A DNA stretch of 64,000 nt from Patescibacteria group bacterium (GTDB taxonomy: Bacteria > Patescibacteriota > Microgenomatia > UBA1400 > PJMF01). Below, piece by piece: positions 1 to 10,261 of this stretch; the stretch's first letter is position 1; each line of letters starts with the position of its first letter. Below the pieces are notes generated by a model that saw nothing but the letters and a program-made list of their open reading frames with translations, did not search any database and was not told the origin of the DNA. A program made the translations under genes and the position numbers. Where the stretch lies: contig JBDTME010000007.1 in assembly GCA_039934415.1 (NCBI GenBank), positions 3,955 to 67,954 on the forward strand, read 5' to 3'.

Positions 1-1840
1 TGACTATCTTGCCATGGTCAGTTTTGGCACAGAGTGGACAATCTTCTCCAGTTTCTTCCACTGGAATCTGCGCACGCTCGGCAGTTTTATCGGCTTTGAT
101 TAATGTTTTTTCAAATGGTTTGAAAAACTCTCCGACAACTTTTTTCCACTCTTTTTCTCCGCGAGAAATTCGGTCTAGATCCTCTTCCATCTCAGCAGTG
201 AAATCAAAGTCAACAATATGTGGGAAATTTTCAATCAAAAAATCACTGACAGTAATCCCAACAGGTGTTGCAAAAAACCGCTTCTCTTTTCTCTCTACAT
301 ACCCACGCTCTACAATCACTGAAATAATAGATGCATACGTACTCGGCCGACCGATACCTTTTTCTTCCAGCGTTTTGATCACCGATGCATCATTGTAACG
401 TGGTGGTGGCAGGGTGAATTTTTGAGCGGAGTTGAGGTCAACATAACGGAGTTCTTGTCGCTCTTCCATCTTCGGCAAAATAATATCGCCTTTGTTGGGA
501 AATAACTTCATCCATCCATCAAATTTCAAAATTGAACCACTCGCTTTCAAAGTATAATAATTTGATGCTTTGTGCGCTTCAACAGTGATCGTGGTCGCGT
601 CATACACTGCAGACTCCATTTGACTTGCTAAAAAACGTCTTCTGATCAAGTCATAAAGACGTTGATGTGTTTCCCCGAATCGACTAGAGTGTTGACGGAT
701 ACTCTCAGGCATCAAGTTAATATCTGTAATACGAATGGCTTCGTGAGCTTCTTGGGCATTCTTTGACTTAGTCGCAAATACACGAGGTTTATCAGAAACA
801 TATTTTTGACCAAACTCTTTGACGATGTACTCCCTCGCCATATCAATAGCTTGAGTAGATAAGTTGAAAGAATCAGTACGATGATATGTGATCAAACCTT
901 CTTCATAGAGTTGTTGGGCCAGTGTCATTGTCTGTTTACCACTGAAACCCAATCGATTGGCGGCTGCTTGTTGTAACAAAGAAGTTGAGAATGGTGGCAA
1001 ACTCGCCCTCCGTCTTTCTTTGCTTTCAACTTGTTTAATTGTGTAGTCTGCTTTTTGAAGATCACTTACCACGTCCGTCACATCACCCTCTTTGGTCGGC
1101 TCGTACTTTTTTCCTTTTGATTCTGTTACTCTTGCAACAAACATTGTGGCTGGCAATTCATCAATAAATTGCCATACCCCTTTATCATTCTGAACTTTTA
1201 ACTTTTGTGAACCTAAAGCTGCTTTTAAGTCAGCATTCAACAAAACATCTACTTCCCAGTATTCATCTGCTTTGAACGCTGCAATCTCCTTTTCTCGATC
1301 GACTATCAATCGCAAAGCGGCTGACTGAACTCGACCGGCGGAAAGACCACGCCGAATTTTTTTCCACAGTACCGGTGAAAGTTTATAACCAACTAAACGA
1401 TCCACGACCCGACGAGCTTGCTGCGCATTTACTAAATCCATGTTAATCCGAGTAGGATTATCAATCGCTGCCATCACTGCAGATTTAGTAATTTCATGGA
1501 AAGTTGCTCGATGAAAATGATCATCTTTTTTGTTCTTTTTTAATTTTTCGTGTAAAAGAAATCGAATATGCCACGCAATTGCTTCACCCTCACGATCCGG
1601 GTCAGTCGCTAAAAAAATCTTTTCAGCAGTCATGGCCAATTTTTGCAGTTGAGATACGACTTTCTTTTTATCTTCACTGACTTCATAAATCGGTTCGTAG
1701 TCGTGCTCCAGATCTACACCCAATGTACTCTTTGGGAGATCACGAACGTGACCGACAGATGCCTCAACACGAAAATCAGACCCCAAATAAGTGGCTAACT
1801 TTCTCGCTTTGGTTGGTGACTCAACAATGACAAGTTGCAT
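1..1840 (-). CDS. topA: DNA topoisomerase I (type IA), runs off the left edge
   Basis: Not in ORF track. Minus strand from 1840 reads MQLVIVESPTKARK (TOPRIM), later ATDPDREGE, LSAGRVQS, LITYHRTDS, QEAHEAIR. Confidence 0.97.
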   Translation of the reverse strand, partial: MQLVIVESPTKARKLATYLGSDFRVEASVGHVRDLPKSTLGVDLEHDYEPIYEVSEDKKKVVSQLQKLAMTAEKIFLATDPDREGEAIAWHIRFLLHEKLKKNKKDDHFHRATFHEITKSAVMAAIDNPTRINMDLVNAQQARRVVDRLVGYKLSPVLWKKIRRGLSAGRVQSAALRLIVDREKEIAAFKADEYWEVDVLLNADLKAALGSQKLKVQNDKGVWQFIDELPATMFVARVTESKGKKYEPTKEGDVTDVVSDLQKADYTIKQVESKERRRASLPPFSTSLLQQAAANRLGFSGKQTMTLAQQLYEEGLITYHRTDSFNLSTQAIDMAREYIVKEFGQKYVSDKPRVFATKSKNAQEAHEAIRITDINLMPESIRQHSSRFGETHQRLYDLIRRRFLASQMESAVYDATTITVEAHKASNYYTLKASGSILKFDGWMKLFPNKGDIILPKMEERQELRYVDLNSAQKFTLPPPRYNDASVIKTLEEKGIGRPSTYASIISVIVERGYVERKEKRFFATPVGITVSDFLIENFPHIVDFDFTAEMEEDLDRISRGEKEWKKVVGEFFKPFEKTLIKADKTAERAQIPVEETGEDCPLCAKTDHGKIV

Positions 1841-2010
1841 AACATCTTTCAGATTAACACATACTGATGGTTTTCATTATGTATCAGTAAGTTTTTAGTC
1901 AACTCAAGAATCCTCTCGTGTTTAAAATCGTCTTACAAGTAGGAAATCCATATTACTCGAAGGAAGTATGCTACCATACCTGTCAAATAAGCCCAATGCC
2001 AAATGGAAAA

Positions 2011-3123
2011 CTAAAGAATAACTGAGTACTTCCCTCTTTCGCTGAGAATGATGCCTTTCAGCTCCAAAGCGCTCACAGCAGTAAGCAACTCACTCAGCAT
2101 CAGCTGTAATTCCTCAGCAATCTCATCACTACTCAAACTTTGCCCTAATAACAGCTCCAGTACCCTTTTTTCGGTCTCGGTCTCGGCCTGGCTCATAATG
2201 GCCTGAGTATTAATATTCCCTGATTTTTCACTCATTCTAGGAAAATAATCAATTAAGATATCTTGGGAGCTGGTTACTAGTTTTGCACCTATATTCACTA
2301 AGTCTTTCGTACCGTCAGAGTATTTTGAGGTAATCGACCCAGGAATTGCGAATACATCTCGCCCATACTCCGCCGCACAGCGTGCAGTAATCTTGCTCCC
2401 ACTATCTGCAGCTGCCTCTGTTACCAAAATGCCTTTCGACATTCCGGCAACGATTCGATTTCGTTGAGGAAATAAGCCACGAACAGGAGGTTGTGTAGGA
2501 AGATACTCTGTGATGAGTGCACCTCCTTTCTCCAAAAGAAGATGTTGTAACTTCAAGTGATATTCTGGAAAACAAAAATCGAACCCGTATCCCAATACGC
2601 CAACGGTATATCCATTAGCCTCAAGTGCAGCTTGGTGAGCCACTGCATCTACTCCATACATGAAACCAGAAATAATTTCGCACCCTTGTTGAACTAACTC
2701 AGTTGTCAGCAGTTTTGTCACCACTCGACCATAACTTGTTATCTGTCGCGTTCCCACCACAGCGATTGGCAGAGAGAATCTCTCTCTCAAAATTCCTTGA
2801 ATGAATAAAACAGGCGGAGCATCTGGAGCATGTTTCAGCAACGCCGGATATTGATCATCTTTCTTAAGCAAAACGGCTATATTTTTTTGTAACAGCTCTG
2901 CCTTCAATTTTTTTATTGAAAAGTTTTGGCGATGAAGAATGAAAACCTGTACGCTAACACGTAACAGGTTTAGTGCTTTGATCTCATTTTCAGATAAATC
3001 CCAAAATTGAAGTGGAGTTATCCCTACGAGATCTAAACGTTTTAACAACTCATTAAAGGTCATTACACCAATCCCAGGACACTCTAAAATTGCAATCCAG
3101 ATTAGTTGTTCATCAGTGATCAT
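2011..3123 (-). CDS. dprA: DNA-protecting protein DprA
   Basis: IAVVGTR, SGFMYGVD, FPQRNRIVAG, EAAADSGS motifs; adjacent to topA. Confidence 0.95.
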   Translation of the reverse strand: MITDEQLIWIAILECPGIGVMTFNELLKRLDLVGITPLQFWDLSENEIKALNLLRVSVQVFILHRQNFSIKKLKAELLQKNIAVLLKKDDQYPALLKHAPDAPPVLFIQGILRERFSLPIAVVGTRQITSYGRVVTKLLTTELVQQGCEIISGFMYGVDAVAHQAALEANGYTVGVLGYGFDFCFPEYHLKLQHLLLEKGGALITEYLPTQPPVRGLFPQRNRIVAGMSKGILVTEAAADSGSKITARCAAEYGRDVFAIPGSITSKYSDGTKDLVNIGAKLVTSSQDILIDYFPRMSEKSGNINTQAIMSQAETETEKRVLELLLGQSLSSDEIAEELQLMLSELLTAVSALELKGIILSERGKYSVIL

Positions 3124-3182
3124 TACGGTAGAGTACCAACCAATCCTTACAAAAACATGACATCCAGTCGATAAAAAGATGC

Positions 3183-4919
3183 TTATCGATGGTCTTTAAT
3201 CCATTCTAAAATCTTTAACGCAATTGGGCCTCCATCAGCAGATCCTTCCCTAAATGGCTTCACTTCATCACTTTCTACCAGAACGACGACTAAAATATTT
3301 TGTGGATACTGTTCTTTCACTTCCGTTTTTTCCAATCGTCCATTTTTTACCAACCGAATCGTCCGCGGTTGAGTATTAAGGTGGGTGAAACCAACAAACC
3401 ACCCGTGCGTTCTACGATGGCCGTTGTTATCAGCTGCACCGAACTCCGCCGTTCCTGTTTTACAAAATACTTTATTCTCTTCTTGATCATTCCAAGGAAA
3501 AAAAGGAAATGCAGTTCCACCTCTAGTACATACTTCTTTCAATCCTTCTTCGATAGTTTTCAAGTGATCCTGTGAAACGGAAATATCCTGACAGTGTCCA
3601 CTCGTTCCTTTGATCAATGTAGGGGCGCAAAGTTTTCCGCCATTGGCAAATAAAGTTAAGGATTGAAAAACTTGGACTGGGGTGACTAATAAATCACCTT
3701 GACCAATACCAAAGTGGTAGGTGTCGCCTAAATACCATTTTTCCCCTACCGCTTTTTCTTTCCATGCAGGATCTGGCACAATTCCAGATGCCTCAGCAGG
3801 CAACTCTATTCCGGTCCTCTTGCCAAAACCGACCATTCTAGCAATCGCTGCTAGCTGATTGGCACCTAACCACTCTGCTGCTTTATAAAAATAAATATCA
3901 TTACTGCGTGCAAGTGCACGAACCAAATTAATACTGCCTTCAATTCGACCATACTGTCGATAAAACCAGTTCCCATACTCAAATTCACCAACTTTTAAGG
4001 TACCTTGATCATCTACTTTTGTGTCTGCATCTACGGCACCATTTTCAAGCGCGCCTAACGCTGTAACCGGCTTAAAAACACTTCCAGGTGGATAACCTCC
4101 TGCCAAAGCACGGTTAAAAAACAATTTATTAGGATCTTGGAAATATGAAGCCAACTGTGTCTTTTTATTCTCATCGTCGGACTCATTCATTGGCGGTCGT
4201 GTGAATTGATTCGCATTAAAAGTAGGACTACTAATCAAACTCAGTACTTCTCCAGTACCAGGATCACCGACTAATACTGCTCCTTTTTGTCCTTTCATCA
4301 GGCCAAAAATGTACGCTGTGAGCTCGCCATCTATTGTTGTTTGAATATGCTGTCCAGAAACAGAGTTCTGCTCGCTCACCGTTCTGATAATTTCACCCTT
4401 TGCATTCGTTTCGTAAACTACTGCTCCATCCTGACCTTTCAACTCATCTTGAAACATCGCTTCCAATCCAACTTTCCCTATGACTTGGTTAAGTGCCAAG
4501 TTGGGATCTCTATCTAGATCTTCTTTGGTAATTGGACCTACATACCCAGTCACTTGAGATAATGCATCTGGGTAAATATATTCCCGATACTGATCAGTAA
4601 AAACTGAACTACTCGCAGTCGCCATTAGCTCCAAGGCTGTACTTTCATCAACTAAAGTCCTGTTACTATACAGACGATTTGGTGATTGGAGTTGATAAAA
4701 AACTGGTTTATTAAACACTAATGATTGTCCAAATCGATCAAACAAAATACCACGATCTGCTACAACTACTTTGTGAAAAAAACGATTGTTCTCTGCTGTT
4801 TGTTTGAGCACAGCTGTTTTGACAACCTGGAGATCAAACATCCGCAATGCCAACATACAAACTAATACACATGCCAGCGTGGGCATGATCCACATCCGTT
4901 TGGAATTCATTGCAGACAT
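3183..4919 (-). CDS. mrdA: Penicillin-binding protein 2 (class B transpeptidase)
   Basis: N-terminal TM; SxxK (GSVFK), SxD (SND), KTG motifs; in mre cluster. Confidence 0.9.
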   Translation of the reverse strand: MSAMNSKRMWIMPTLACVLVCMLALRMFDLQVVKTAVLKQTAENNRFFHKVVVADRGILFDRFGQSLVFNKPVFYQLQSPNRLYSNRTLVDESTALELMATASSSVFTDQYREYIYPDALSQVTGYVGPITKEDLDRDPNLALNQVIGKVGLEAMFQDELKGQDGAVVYETNAKGEIIRTVSEQNSVSGQHIQTTIDGELTAYIFGLMKGQKGAVLVGDPGTGEVLSLISSPTFNANQFTRPPMNESDDENKKTQLASYFQDPNKLFFNRALAGGYPPGSVFKPVTALGALENGAVDADTKVDDQGTLKVGEFEYGNWFYRQYGRIEGSINLVRALARSNDIYFYKAAEWLGANQLAAIARMVGFGKRTGIELPAEASGIVPDPAWKEKAVGEKWYLGDTYHFGIGQGDLLVTPVQVFQSLTLFANGGKLCAPTLIKGTSGHCQDISVSQDHLKTIEEGLKEVCTRGGTAFPFFPWNDQEENKVFCKTGTAEFGAADNNGHRRTHGWFVGFTHLNTQPRTIRLVKNGRLEKTEVKEQYPQNILVVVLVESDEVKPFREGSADGGPIALKILEWIKDHR

Positions 4920-4940
4920 GATAGATGTAACCTGTAACTA

Positions 4941-5411
4941 CTAAAACCGTAACGGTTTATTTTTGATATTGTATGAAAAGTCCTGGAATTTTCGAATTGC
5001 ATAAAAATACACAATTAGCACAAAAAACAATCCACTCAAAAGATCTGCGCCAATCATAACTGGTTGAATGGACTGCCGATACTCCACCATTGAAAGTATG
5101 ATCGAGACAACGCAAATATATCCATATAAAAAAGCCATTCTTGATCGGAAAAACTTCACTGCAGCGTGAAAAAAGAAAAGGTATGGCAGCAATAAAACTT
5201 CTGTCAAACCAAACGGAAACATAAATCGTACGTCATGAAATAAAGCTAAAATAAGAATTAACGTCAGTGCCTGATTGAACGGAATGAAAAAAACTAAACT
5301 CAGTAGAAATCCAATACTAAGTGTATGAACACCTAAAAATCCGTCCAGCGCCAATAACACAAGATAGACGATCCCAATTGCTAAAAAGTTAAAAATATTC
5401 CGATTTATCAC
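4941..5411 (-). CDS. MreD-like integral membrane protein
   Basis: Multi-TM protein between mreC and mrdA; start shortened to GTG 5411 to avoid overlap with the opposite-strand gene. Confidence 0.55.
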   Translation of the reverse strand: MINRNIFNFLAIGIVYLVLLALDGFLGVHTLSIGFLLSLVFFIPFNQALTLILILALFHDVRFMFPFGLTEVLLLPYLFFFHAAVKFFRSRMAFLYGYICVVSIILSMVEYRQSIQPVMIGADLLSGLFFVLIVYFYAIRKFQDFSYNIKNKPLRF

Positions 5412-5474
5412 CAGGTTCTTTCTGCTAGTATTTACGCATGTCTTGCTAAAAACCACTGAACTTCGTATGCTTAA

Positions 5475-5729
5475 ATGATGAATGGCTCTTTCACGCTCCA
5501 AATCAAACATTTTTTGCAAAGTTTATTCGCTGTTGATAGTTTTTGGTCGGTTATTTTCAGATTCATCATCTGGGGTGTTATCGCCATCACTATCATGATC
5601 AGCGTAGACACTGTTCGTTCTGATCAAAGAAGCAAGAATTTGAAATCGAATTTAGGTCTCTTCCTGCTTTTTTTGATATTAGGCGCTATCCTCATTTGGC
5701 TTGTCTTCGGCTTTATTCCCTCATTTTGA
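5475..5729 (+). CDS. Small two-TM hypothetical protein, antisense within the mre cluster
   Basis: Two hydrophobic helices; TTGCTA-17-TATGCT promoter just upstream; no long minus-strand ORF found in this gap. Confidence 0.65.
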   Translation: MMNGSFTLQIKHFLQSLFAVDSFWSVIFRFIIWGVIAITIMISVDTVRSDQRSKNLKSNLGLFLLFLILGAILIWLVFGFIPSF

Positions 5730-6513
5730 TAAGTACCAGAGAAAGAGATTCAATATTTACACCCTGATCAACTATGGCAGTCTGAACTGGTGCACCAACA
5801 TCTTCCAACATATCTTGCACCTGACCAAGGTACAAACCTGGTGGAACTTGATCTGAAATTGATCCAAGTGTGTACAATTCATCACCTTTTTCTAGTTTCT
5901 GATCAGCTGATACCTGTGTAAATAAGACCTGACCTTTTTTTCCAGTAACGATTCCTTTTACACCAGTTTGAGTTTTAGCCACTGTTTGCCAACTGCCCTG
6001 AGAAAAAGTGCCGACACTCGAAAAAAAGTGATCACTTGACTGTATTTTTCCCAACAAGACTTGTTGAGACATGACCAGACCACCAGATACAACGCCGTTT
6101 GAAACACCTTTATCGAGATATGTAACGACACCCGCCTCGATAATACGAGCTGTCAACACCGAAGTAAATAAGTCCTGATTAGATTCTGTGTTTTTTTCAA
6201 GCTCTTTCTTCAGTAACTCGTTCTCTTTTTTTGCATTTTCGGCCTCAGCAACTTGGGCTTGTAACTGTGCATTCTTGATTTGCAAGTCTGCAATCATCCT
6301 TTCAGAACGAAAAACTGTATGTACAAATTCAGTCGGAACTAATGACAACTGACGAAGATTTGTTTCAATCAAATTTCCTGGTTTTAATAACACTTCGAAA
6401 GGATATCGCATCACTAGAAAATGGTAGTGTGCATCTAATAAGACGAATACTATGACAATTGAATATGTGATACCAAAGACGAGTTGCTGGTGCTGTGTGA
6501 GTGACGACTTCAT
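5713..6513 (-). CDS. mreC: Rod shape-determining protein MreC
   Basis: TM plus coiled coil; LDKGVSNGV, GDELYTLG, PPGLYLGQV; ATGA overlap with mreB-like stop. Confidence 0.88.
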   Translation of the reverse strand: MKSSLTQHQQLVFGITYSIVIVFVLLDAHYHFLVMRYPFEVLLKPGNLIETNLRQLSLVPTEFVHTVFRSERMIADLQIKNAQLQAQVAEAENAKKENELLKKELEKNTESNQDLFTSVLTARIIEAGVVTYLDKGVSNGVVSGGLVMSQQVLLGKIQSSDHFFSSVGTFSQGSWQTVAKTQTGVKGIVTGKKGQVLFTQVSADQKLEKGDELYTLGSISDQVPPGLYLGQVQDMLEDVGAPVQTAIVDQGVNIESLSLVLIKMRE

Positions 6514-7601
6514 AACCAGTCTGGCACAAAATAACACTTCTTCTGTTGATTATTAGGGAGCTGTAGAAACTCTTTGAAACCTTGATGATAAAGTAAATCA
6601 GGATATGGTGGTCGACGAACTGAAGTACCGTAACGCTCCTCTATTCGCTGACTCAGCATATCTACAACTGCCATTCCACCAAAGACTAAGAATCCTGTGT
6701 TGATTAACTCTTCGATCAATTCAGGCCCGAGCTCTTCCGTCAAAATGGTTATTTGGTCTATGACAGATTCAACGTATTGTTCAAACATCGGTCTAAATTC
6801 TTCGGCTGAAAGTTTCATGGATTTGGGCAAACTACTCATTACATCTCTACCCCGTACAACAACGAAGTGATCTTTTTTTGATATTTCAGGAGGATTTAAT
6901 AATCCACTAAATGATTCTTTTCGATCCATGAGAACATGGGCGCATTCTTGCTTGAGTCGTTCAGCTGATTGCGAACCGATTTCGAGGTGAAATTTTATTT
7001 TTAAAAGATGTTGAATGTCTTGCGTTAGATCCTTTCCACCGTACCAAACGCGATGAAAATGAAATACTTTCTCAAATTGAAGTATCGAGAAAGTGGTTGA
7101 TTCATAGCCACAATCAATCAATAATTGTAAAGAAGATGCTGAGTGCAAGGTAGGCACAACTTGTTTGGCTAACGCGGCAATGAGTGGACGTACCAGTAAA
7201 ATTGTATGATGAATACCCAAGTCTCTGGTAATTTTTAACAGTGCTCGGTACTGCACTTCATTCATCTGAGGAGTGACGAAAAAAAAAGCTTTCGAAGGAA
7301 TGGACTCTGCAAAACAGTACCGTAAAAAAAGTTTCGCCAATCTGTAATCAGTGAAATTTCCTTCTTGAATTGGAGATACCACTTCTAAATCAATCGCACT
7401 TCTACCGACGATCTCTTTCGCATCCTGTCCAATAGAAATGACCTTACTGTCCTCCCTCGTTTGCACCATGCAAGAGGGTACGATTGTCGGTTCTGAATCA
7501 GTTGCCACCATGACTCGCGTTTGGTAACTTCCCAGATCAATTACCACTTCAGAAAGATTCTCGGGAAAGCCGAACGAACGGAACTTGGTAGGCATCTTCA
7601 T
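6510..7601 (-). CDS. mreB: MreB/Mbl-like actin ATPase, divergent
   Basis: IDLGS, SPIQEG, GGKDLT, AERLK, VRGRDVMSSLPK; directly upstream of mreC. Confidence 0.8.
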   Translation of the reverse strand: MKMPTKFRSFGFPENLSEVVIDLGSYQTRVMVATDSEPTIVPSCMVQTREDSKVISIGQDAKEIVGRSAIDLEVVSPIQEGNFTDYRLAKLFLRYCFAESIPSKAFFFVTPQMNEVQYRALLKITRDLGIHHTILLVRPLIAALAKQVVPTLHSASSLQLLIDCGYESTTFSILQFEKVFHFHRVWYGGKDLTQDIQHLLKIKFHLEIGSQSAERLKQECAHVLMDRKESFSGLLNPPEISKKDHFVVVRGRDVMSSLPKSMKLSAEEFRPMFEQYVESVIDQITILTEELGPELIEELINTGFLVFGGMAVVDMLSQRIEERYGTSVRRPPYPDLLYHQGFKEFLQLPNNQQKKCYFVPDWL

Positions 7602-7628
7602 AGGCACATTGTACTGTATAATCGGTCC

Positions 7629-9920
7629 ATGTCCTATCTCCGTCAGTCACCACAAGAAGACAGAAATTTTGTTTCTAGAATTTGTGATATCGCTATTCTA
7701 TCGATGTTACAAATCCTGGTTGTCTTTCTGCCTCTCTTATTTTTGGTACAAAACGAAGAAATTTTTGAATTTAATAAAATGATTTTCGTTTATATTGTTG
7801 CAAGTCTGATTATTACAGCCTGGGCAGTAAAAACAGTCGTAGAAAAAAAACTAACGTTCAAGAGAACACCTTTTGATTGGTTTATCATCTTTTTCTTATT
7901 TTCTCAACTCATTTCCACAGTACTCTCTATCCACCCGCGCACATCCCTTTTTGGGTATTACACTCGCTTTCATGGCGGTCTATTTTCGACTGTTTCTTAC
8001 TTCATACTTTTTTTTGCAACGACAACTTTTATCAAAAAAAGACATGTTCCAGGTTTTGTTGGAGTCACATTAATAGGAGCGTTTTTGGCAGCGTTATACG
8101 CTTTTCCGGAACATTTCGGGCACTCACCTAGTTGTCTTTTACTCACAAATACGTTCAATGCTTCCTGTTGGATTCAAGATGTGCAAAACAGAGTGTTCGG
8201 TACGTTCGGACAACCGAATTGGTTAGCCGCATATTTAATTTTGCTACTGCCACTTGGCATGACACTTGGTTTATTTGATGCTCAAAAAGTTAAACCACAA
8301 GTAGCTCGATTGAAATTAGGCGCGACAGTAGTGAGTGGCGTTCTGACTTTTTTATTTTTCGCAACGCTTTTATTCACCAAATCGAGATCAGGTGTTCTGG
8401 GCTTTGGAGTGAGTCTAGTTATTTTCATTTTGTTGATGATGTTTCAACTTTTTAAAAAAACTCTCTCAACTTCAAGGTTCCCTAAACTGCTGATATTTGG
8501 TGGGACACTCACATTACTTTTAATGACTGGTCTGGTATTCGGCACGCCATATTCGCCTACTCTCTCCCAATTTATTTCACAAAAAAATCAACTTGTCGAA
8601 CAACCCTCAACGCAACCAGTCGCAGTAGATCGTCTAGAAGTCGGTGGAACTGATTCTGGCGATATTCGTCGGATTGTCTGGAAAGGCGCGATCAAAGTGT
8701 GGAAACGATATCCTCTCTTTGGATCAGGGGTAGAAACTTTTGCATATAGCTACTATCTCGACCGACCCATGGAACATAATACTGTTTCTGAATGGGATTT
8801 TTTATACAACAAAGCACACAACGAAGAGTTGAATTTCTTAGCTACGACTGGAGTGTTTGGTTTAGCAACTTACGGAATCCTCCAGGCTATTATTGGTTGG
8901 TTTTTATTTAAAGAAGCCTTCTTTGGCAAGGATAGAAATACTGCATTATTAGCGACTGCTGTGTTGACCGGCTTAATTGATTTGCACATCTCCAATTTTC
9001 TGGGTTTCTCAACTGTGGTAGTGACAGTTCTGATGTATGTACTCCCCGCTTTGGTGATCGCTCAAATTAGTGATGAACAACACATTGAGTGGCAACTCTT
9101 TTCGCTCAAACCCGCCTCGGCCATTCATGAACCGCTGCTATCATTTATCGGAATCAACTTGAAAAAAATATCTACAAAAATGTTTGGAGTTCGAAATTCG
9201 AGTGAAAAAGTCACTGCTGGCCAGTGGGTACTAGTCAGTATTGCAAGTATGATAGGTATTTTCATGGTGGTTCAGATCAGCATGATTTGGTTTGCCGACC
9301 ACTATTACTCAAAAGCGAAAGATGCATACACGAACAATGACTTCGAAACTGCTCTCAGTAGACTGAAAATCGCCATTGAGCTGTCCCCTAGAGAAGGTTT
9401 GTACTACGAGCTGTATAGCAAGGTCGCTTCACAGTACGCCATCGCACTACTCCAAGAAAACAAGAATGAACTGGGAACACAATTTGCTAACTCAGCGCTT
9501 GAAGCGAGTACGACGAGCATCAAACTCAATCCGGTTCATATCAATTTTTACAAAACAAGAAATCAAGTTTTAGTAACGTTAGCTCAAGCGAAACCAGAAC
9601 TGTATGATGCTGCACTCGAAACATTGCACGTCGCAGAACAACTTTCACCTACTGATCCCAAGCTAGTCTACTACTCTGCTCTTGTTGAGAATGCTCAGGG
9701 CAACACTAAGCAAACACAGAAAGACTTGTATACCGCCATCGAGATGAAACCAAACTATGATTCAGCTCGATATATGTTGGGACAATTACTCGAAATTGAT
9801 AAAAATTACGGAGGTGCCAAAGAACAATATCAGTATATTTTAGAGAACATTGCCCCTAACAACGAAACTGTGCAAAAAAGACTCGACGCAGTTGCGACTT
9901 TTTCGGCCAAAAAGAAATGA
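7629..9920 (+). CDS. O-antigen ligase family membrane protein with C-terminal TPR repeats
   Basis: GTFGQPNWLA, TKSRSG, PLFGSGVETF, AHNEEL motifs; helical TPR-like tail; start after TATAAT at 7617. Confidence 0.85.
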   Translation: MSYLRQSPQEDRNFVSRICDIAILSMLQILVVFLPLLFLVQNEEIFEFNKMIFVYIVASLIITAWAVKTVVEKKLTFKRTPFDWFIIFFLFSQLISTVLSIHPRTSLFGYYTRFHGGLFSTVSYFILFFATTTFIKKRHVPGFVGVTLIGAFLAALYAFPEHFGHSPSCLLLTNTFNASCWIQDVQNRVFGTFGQPNWLAAYLILLLPLGMTLGLFDAQKVKPQVARLKLGATVVSGVLTFLFFATLLFTKSRSGVLGFGVSLVIFILLMMFQLFKKTLSTSRFPKLLIFGGTLTLLLMTGLVFGTPYSPTLSQFISQKNQLVEQPSTQPVAVDRLEVGGTDSGDIRRIVWKGAIKVWKRYPLFGSGVETFAYSYYLDRPMEHNTVSEWDFLYNKAHNEELNFLATTGVFGLATYGILQAIIGWFLFKEAFFGKDRNTALLATAVLTGLIDLHISNFLGFSTVVVTVLMYVLPALVIAQISDEQHIEWQLFSLKPASAIHEPLLSFIGINLKKISTKMFGVRNSSEKVTAGQWVLVSIASMIGIFMVVQISMIWFADHYYSKAKDAYTNNDFETALSRLKIAIELSPREGLYYELYSKVASQYAIALLQENKNELGTQFANSALEASTTSIKLNPVHINFYKTRNQVLVTLAQAKPELYDAALETLHVAEQLSPTDPKLVYYSALVENAQGNTKQTQKDLYTAIEMKPNYDSARYMLGQLLEIDKNYGGAKEQYQYILENIAPNNETVQKRLDAVATFSAKKK

Positions 9921-9943
9921 TAGATTACAGAATGTGTAAAAAC

Positions 9944-9970
9944 AAAAAGAGCTCCTTATGGGAGCTCTTT
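9944..9970. terminator. Intrinsic terminator between convergent genes
   Basis: AAAAAGAGCTCC-TTATG-GGAGCTCTTT inverted repeat. Confidence 0.8.
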
Positions 9971-9990
9971 AAATTGTGTATTTCTCTGTT

Positions 9991-10227
9991 TTAGACAGTT
10001 TGGGTGAACTGCACCATTCCCAAATGTCGAGCACGTTTAATCTCACGAGCCAGTTGTCGCTGTTGTTTGTTCGACAAACCGGTTCTGTCTCGCCCACCAA
10101 TTGCTCCATGTTCGCTAATATAGCGTTGAAGAGTTCTTGGATCTTTGTAATCGAAAGTCAGATCTTCTGGTGCTTTTCGAACTGGCGGCAAATTCTTGCG
10201 TCGCTTTTTTTGAAATAACTTAGACAT
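9991..10227 (-). CDS. rpsR: 30S ribosomal protein S18
   Basis: DYKD..LQRYISE.G.I..R..TG...KQQRQLAREIKRAR. Confidence 0.97.
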   Translation of the reverse strand: MSKLFQKKRRKNLPPVRKAPEDLTFDYKDPRTLQRYISEHGAIGGRDRTGLSNKQQRQLAREIKRARHLGMVQFTQTV

Positions 10228-10261
10228 ATTGTCCTTTTGTTGTGTTAAGTAAATCTACTTT

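Noticed and set aside
9-398. 129-aa plus-strand ORF
   Set aside because: Antisense shadow of topA
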